Source: Diadema antillarum
Taxonomy: Eukaryota
Direction of reading: 5' to 3'
DNA length: 64,000 nt
Assembly (NCBI RefSeq): GCF_040938485.1
Contig: NW_027270959.1
Coordinates: forward strand, 372,001 to 436,000
Shown here: positions 61,801 to 64,000 of the stretch, piece by piece
How the letters are laid out: each line of letters opens with the position of its first letter
Numbering within the stretch: the stretch's first letter is position 1
Made by a program: the position numbers and the translations under genes
Notes under the pieces: generated by a model
The model's input: the letters and a program-made list of their open reading frames with translations, nothing else
Told to the model about the DNA's origin: nothing
The model's database searches: none

Positions 61801-64000
61801 GGCATCCTTGTGTTTATAAACTGTCCTGAGAGCTCGGATTTTGCAGGCTGGTGGAAATATACTTAAACACTCCAACCTGTCGTGATGCGAACAAGACCCT
61901 TTGGGATATTTTGCCACGTTTTTCTAGTGCAAAGAGGATGTGAAGAAGCTCACTCCATTGCCGGAAGAAGAGCACTCCCTCCCCAAACCTAATTGTTTTC
62001 CCCGCTCTAAAGTCACAACGTCAAAATAGTGTTTATCAACTTGTCGATGGCGAATTGATTTTTGAGGACCGAAAATCTACGTCAGTGTTGAAGTGTTTTA
62101 TTTTCTTTGCTTTTCTATACTGAGTTTGGTTCGAAGTACCGATCCTGTATGTTGCGTTTTGTATTATGAATGCTACATATGCNNNNNNNNNNNNNNNNNN
62201 NNNNNNNNNNNNNNNNNNNNNNNNNNNNNNNNNNNNNNNNNNNNNNNNNNNNNNNNNNNNNNNNNNNNNNNNNNNNNNNNNNNNNNNNNNNNNNNNNNNN
62301 NNNNNNNNNNNNNNNNNNNNNNNNNNTTTGTTTGTGCATGAGAGTTAGGCGTCTACCAAAAATTCAAAACATGAATATTTATGATGTCATTTTTTTTTCA
62401 GCCTTTGAGTGGTTGATCACTTTGTTAACTTGGCAATTCATTGAAACTTATCAGAAGATTGCAATATGTCTGTCAGGTCCTCTTAACATATAACATCACA
62501 ACAGCAAATGGTATACTAGTTCATTTTCTTTCATTGGACTCAGTTTGTTCTCGGTTGGACGAACTAACACGTACATGAACGCGCGCGCAAAATTGTCCGC
62601 ACACACACGAGCACATTATTAATGAACAACAGAAATTTGAGATTTAGCGCAGTTTATAGTAAACATGCTAGCTATCGAATCTTTTTTCAAATCAAACCTA
62701 AATCTACGTAATATATTAATTCTGCAAGACCCCATTGCAGACGTTGACGTCATAGTACTCGATGAAAACAAATCTCAGTTAGTAGCTGCGATTCAAAGAA
62801 TAGGAAGGCTCGAAAGTGGCGTTCTTGTGATTTCAAGTTTGAAGAAACCATCGTCAGCTCATTACATATCAAATTTTAAAAAGGGTTCATCATGAATGAG
62901 TGAAACCATAAAAATTTACCACTTGGATCCCGGCTAGACTGACGAAACATTCGTCCTGAATGTTTTGATAACTGTTTTTCTTCCTTTTTTTGTTTTTAAG
63001 GCCCTGACCTCATGGTAACATTCATGTGGCTTAGCGGTAGATTTCTACGTCATAAAAAAGAAAGAATCACGCAAATGCCGTGTGGTGCAAGGTTGTGCAA
63101 ACAACTCGATGGAGGCATGATGGTATCAAAGCTGAGAATTATTGTCCATAACCCATTTTAAAGCAATGCGGAAGATAGAAATACAGGTTATTGTTTTCTA
63201 TTCTTTTCCCCCCTGTTTGGTTGATTTTCTTTTCGGTAAAGGGGGTTCTGTGACAATAGGACATGCACAGCTCAATTCGTCTTCTTTATGAATGTCGTCT
63301 GCTGTTATTTCTAATGAAAATAAGCGCGGCCATGCCACAGGTATATATCCACCAGGCACGGCTTTCCCACTCGTCCTTTCTTTCAACTCTGAGGTTTAGA
63401 CGAGACACGACGCGATCAGGATGATCGATCAAGTAGAGACCCTGATAGTGTTTGATCGTCTGCGCTAGCTTTTGTTCCCGCCTCAAAAAGACTGGGTACC
63501 CTCGATTCCCATTCCTGCGGAGATCGCCTCAGACACGTTTTGATTTCTAAATGGAATGGCAAAGAAAAGGGGTCTCGTACCTTGATGCACTTGACATATT
63601 CTATAGCAAACATTCCATTTTTCCTCTCAACATCAATGCTCAAGATTGGCACCCTTGCGCGGTGCCCCCTTCACAGTCTGTATTGAGGGATCAGCCTAAA
63701 TAAACGTGCCTTACAATGTATGACAAGGGCGTAAATGGACTGTCCCACATATATTTTTTTCTTCTCGCCAGGGACTGAAACCAGGCCAGCGACAATAGAA
63801 CAGACAACCAAAAGTCATTGCAGCAAAGGCATTAAACACGCCAGCAACAATGCGCGATATATTTTATGTGTCAGGTTCGTTTATCCAAGGCTTTTGTGAA
63901 CACTAAATCTGCACCCTCGTTTATTATACGCGAATTTCCGAGGCGGTTGAAAGGAATAATGGGGCTCGTTTCAAAGACATTTCGGAGACTGTCGGGCGAG

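Noticed and set aside
5897-62493. ORFs spanning runs of X
   Set aside because: Artefacts of translating through N gaps and their flanking microsatellites.

Overview
Eukaryotic, AT-rich, microsatellite-rich draft genomic DNA from an invertebrate animal. An echinoderm (probably a sea urchin) is my inference from the FoxD sequence and the repeat types; it is not proven. There are eight short N gaps: 6016-6147, 11146-11309, 36017-36149, 54268-54407, 59423-59550, 60896-61026, 61209-61440 and 62183-62326. Only one protein-coding gene is supportable: an intronless forkhead-box class D gene (foxD, minus strand, 23688-24863, 391 aa) with an eh1 repressor motif. It sits in a gene-poor region with many discrete CpG-rich islands that look like cis-regulatory modules. 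The rest is non-autonomous mobile DNA and simple repeats: two Kolobok-type TTAA MITE families (five copies), a degenerate piggyBac-like MITE, a Helentron-associated-like element carrying a ~157-bp tandem array, tRNA-derived SINEs, and 3' remnants of an L2-type and a CR1-type LINE. The most unusual observation is that this tandem array, 3.7-4.5 kb upstream of foxD, repeats a composite nuclear-receptor element (AGGTCA-N5-AGGTCA-A-AGGTCA, DR5+DR1), with the DR1 in all six units and the DR5 in four. Other leads are overlapping uORFs in the putative foxD leader, a near-perfect 40-bp foldback, a possible antisense splice donor, and a MITE insertion whose empty site is preserved in an adjacent duplicate. 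I found no prokaryotic-type system (CRISPR, operon) and no genuine tRNA or rRNA gene. All regulatory calls rest on motifs alone.
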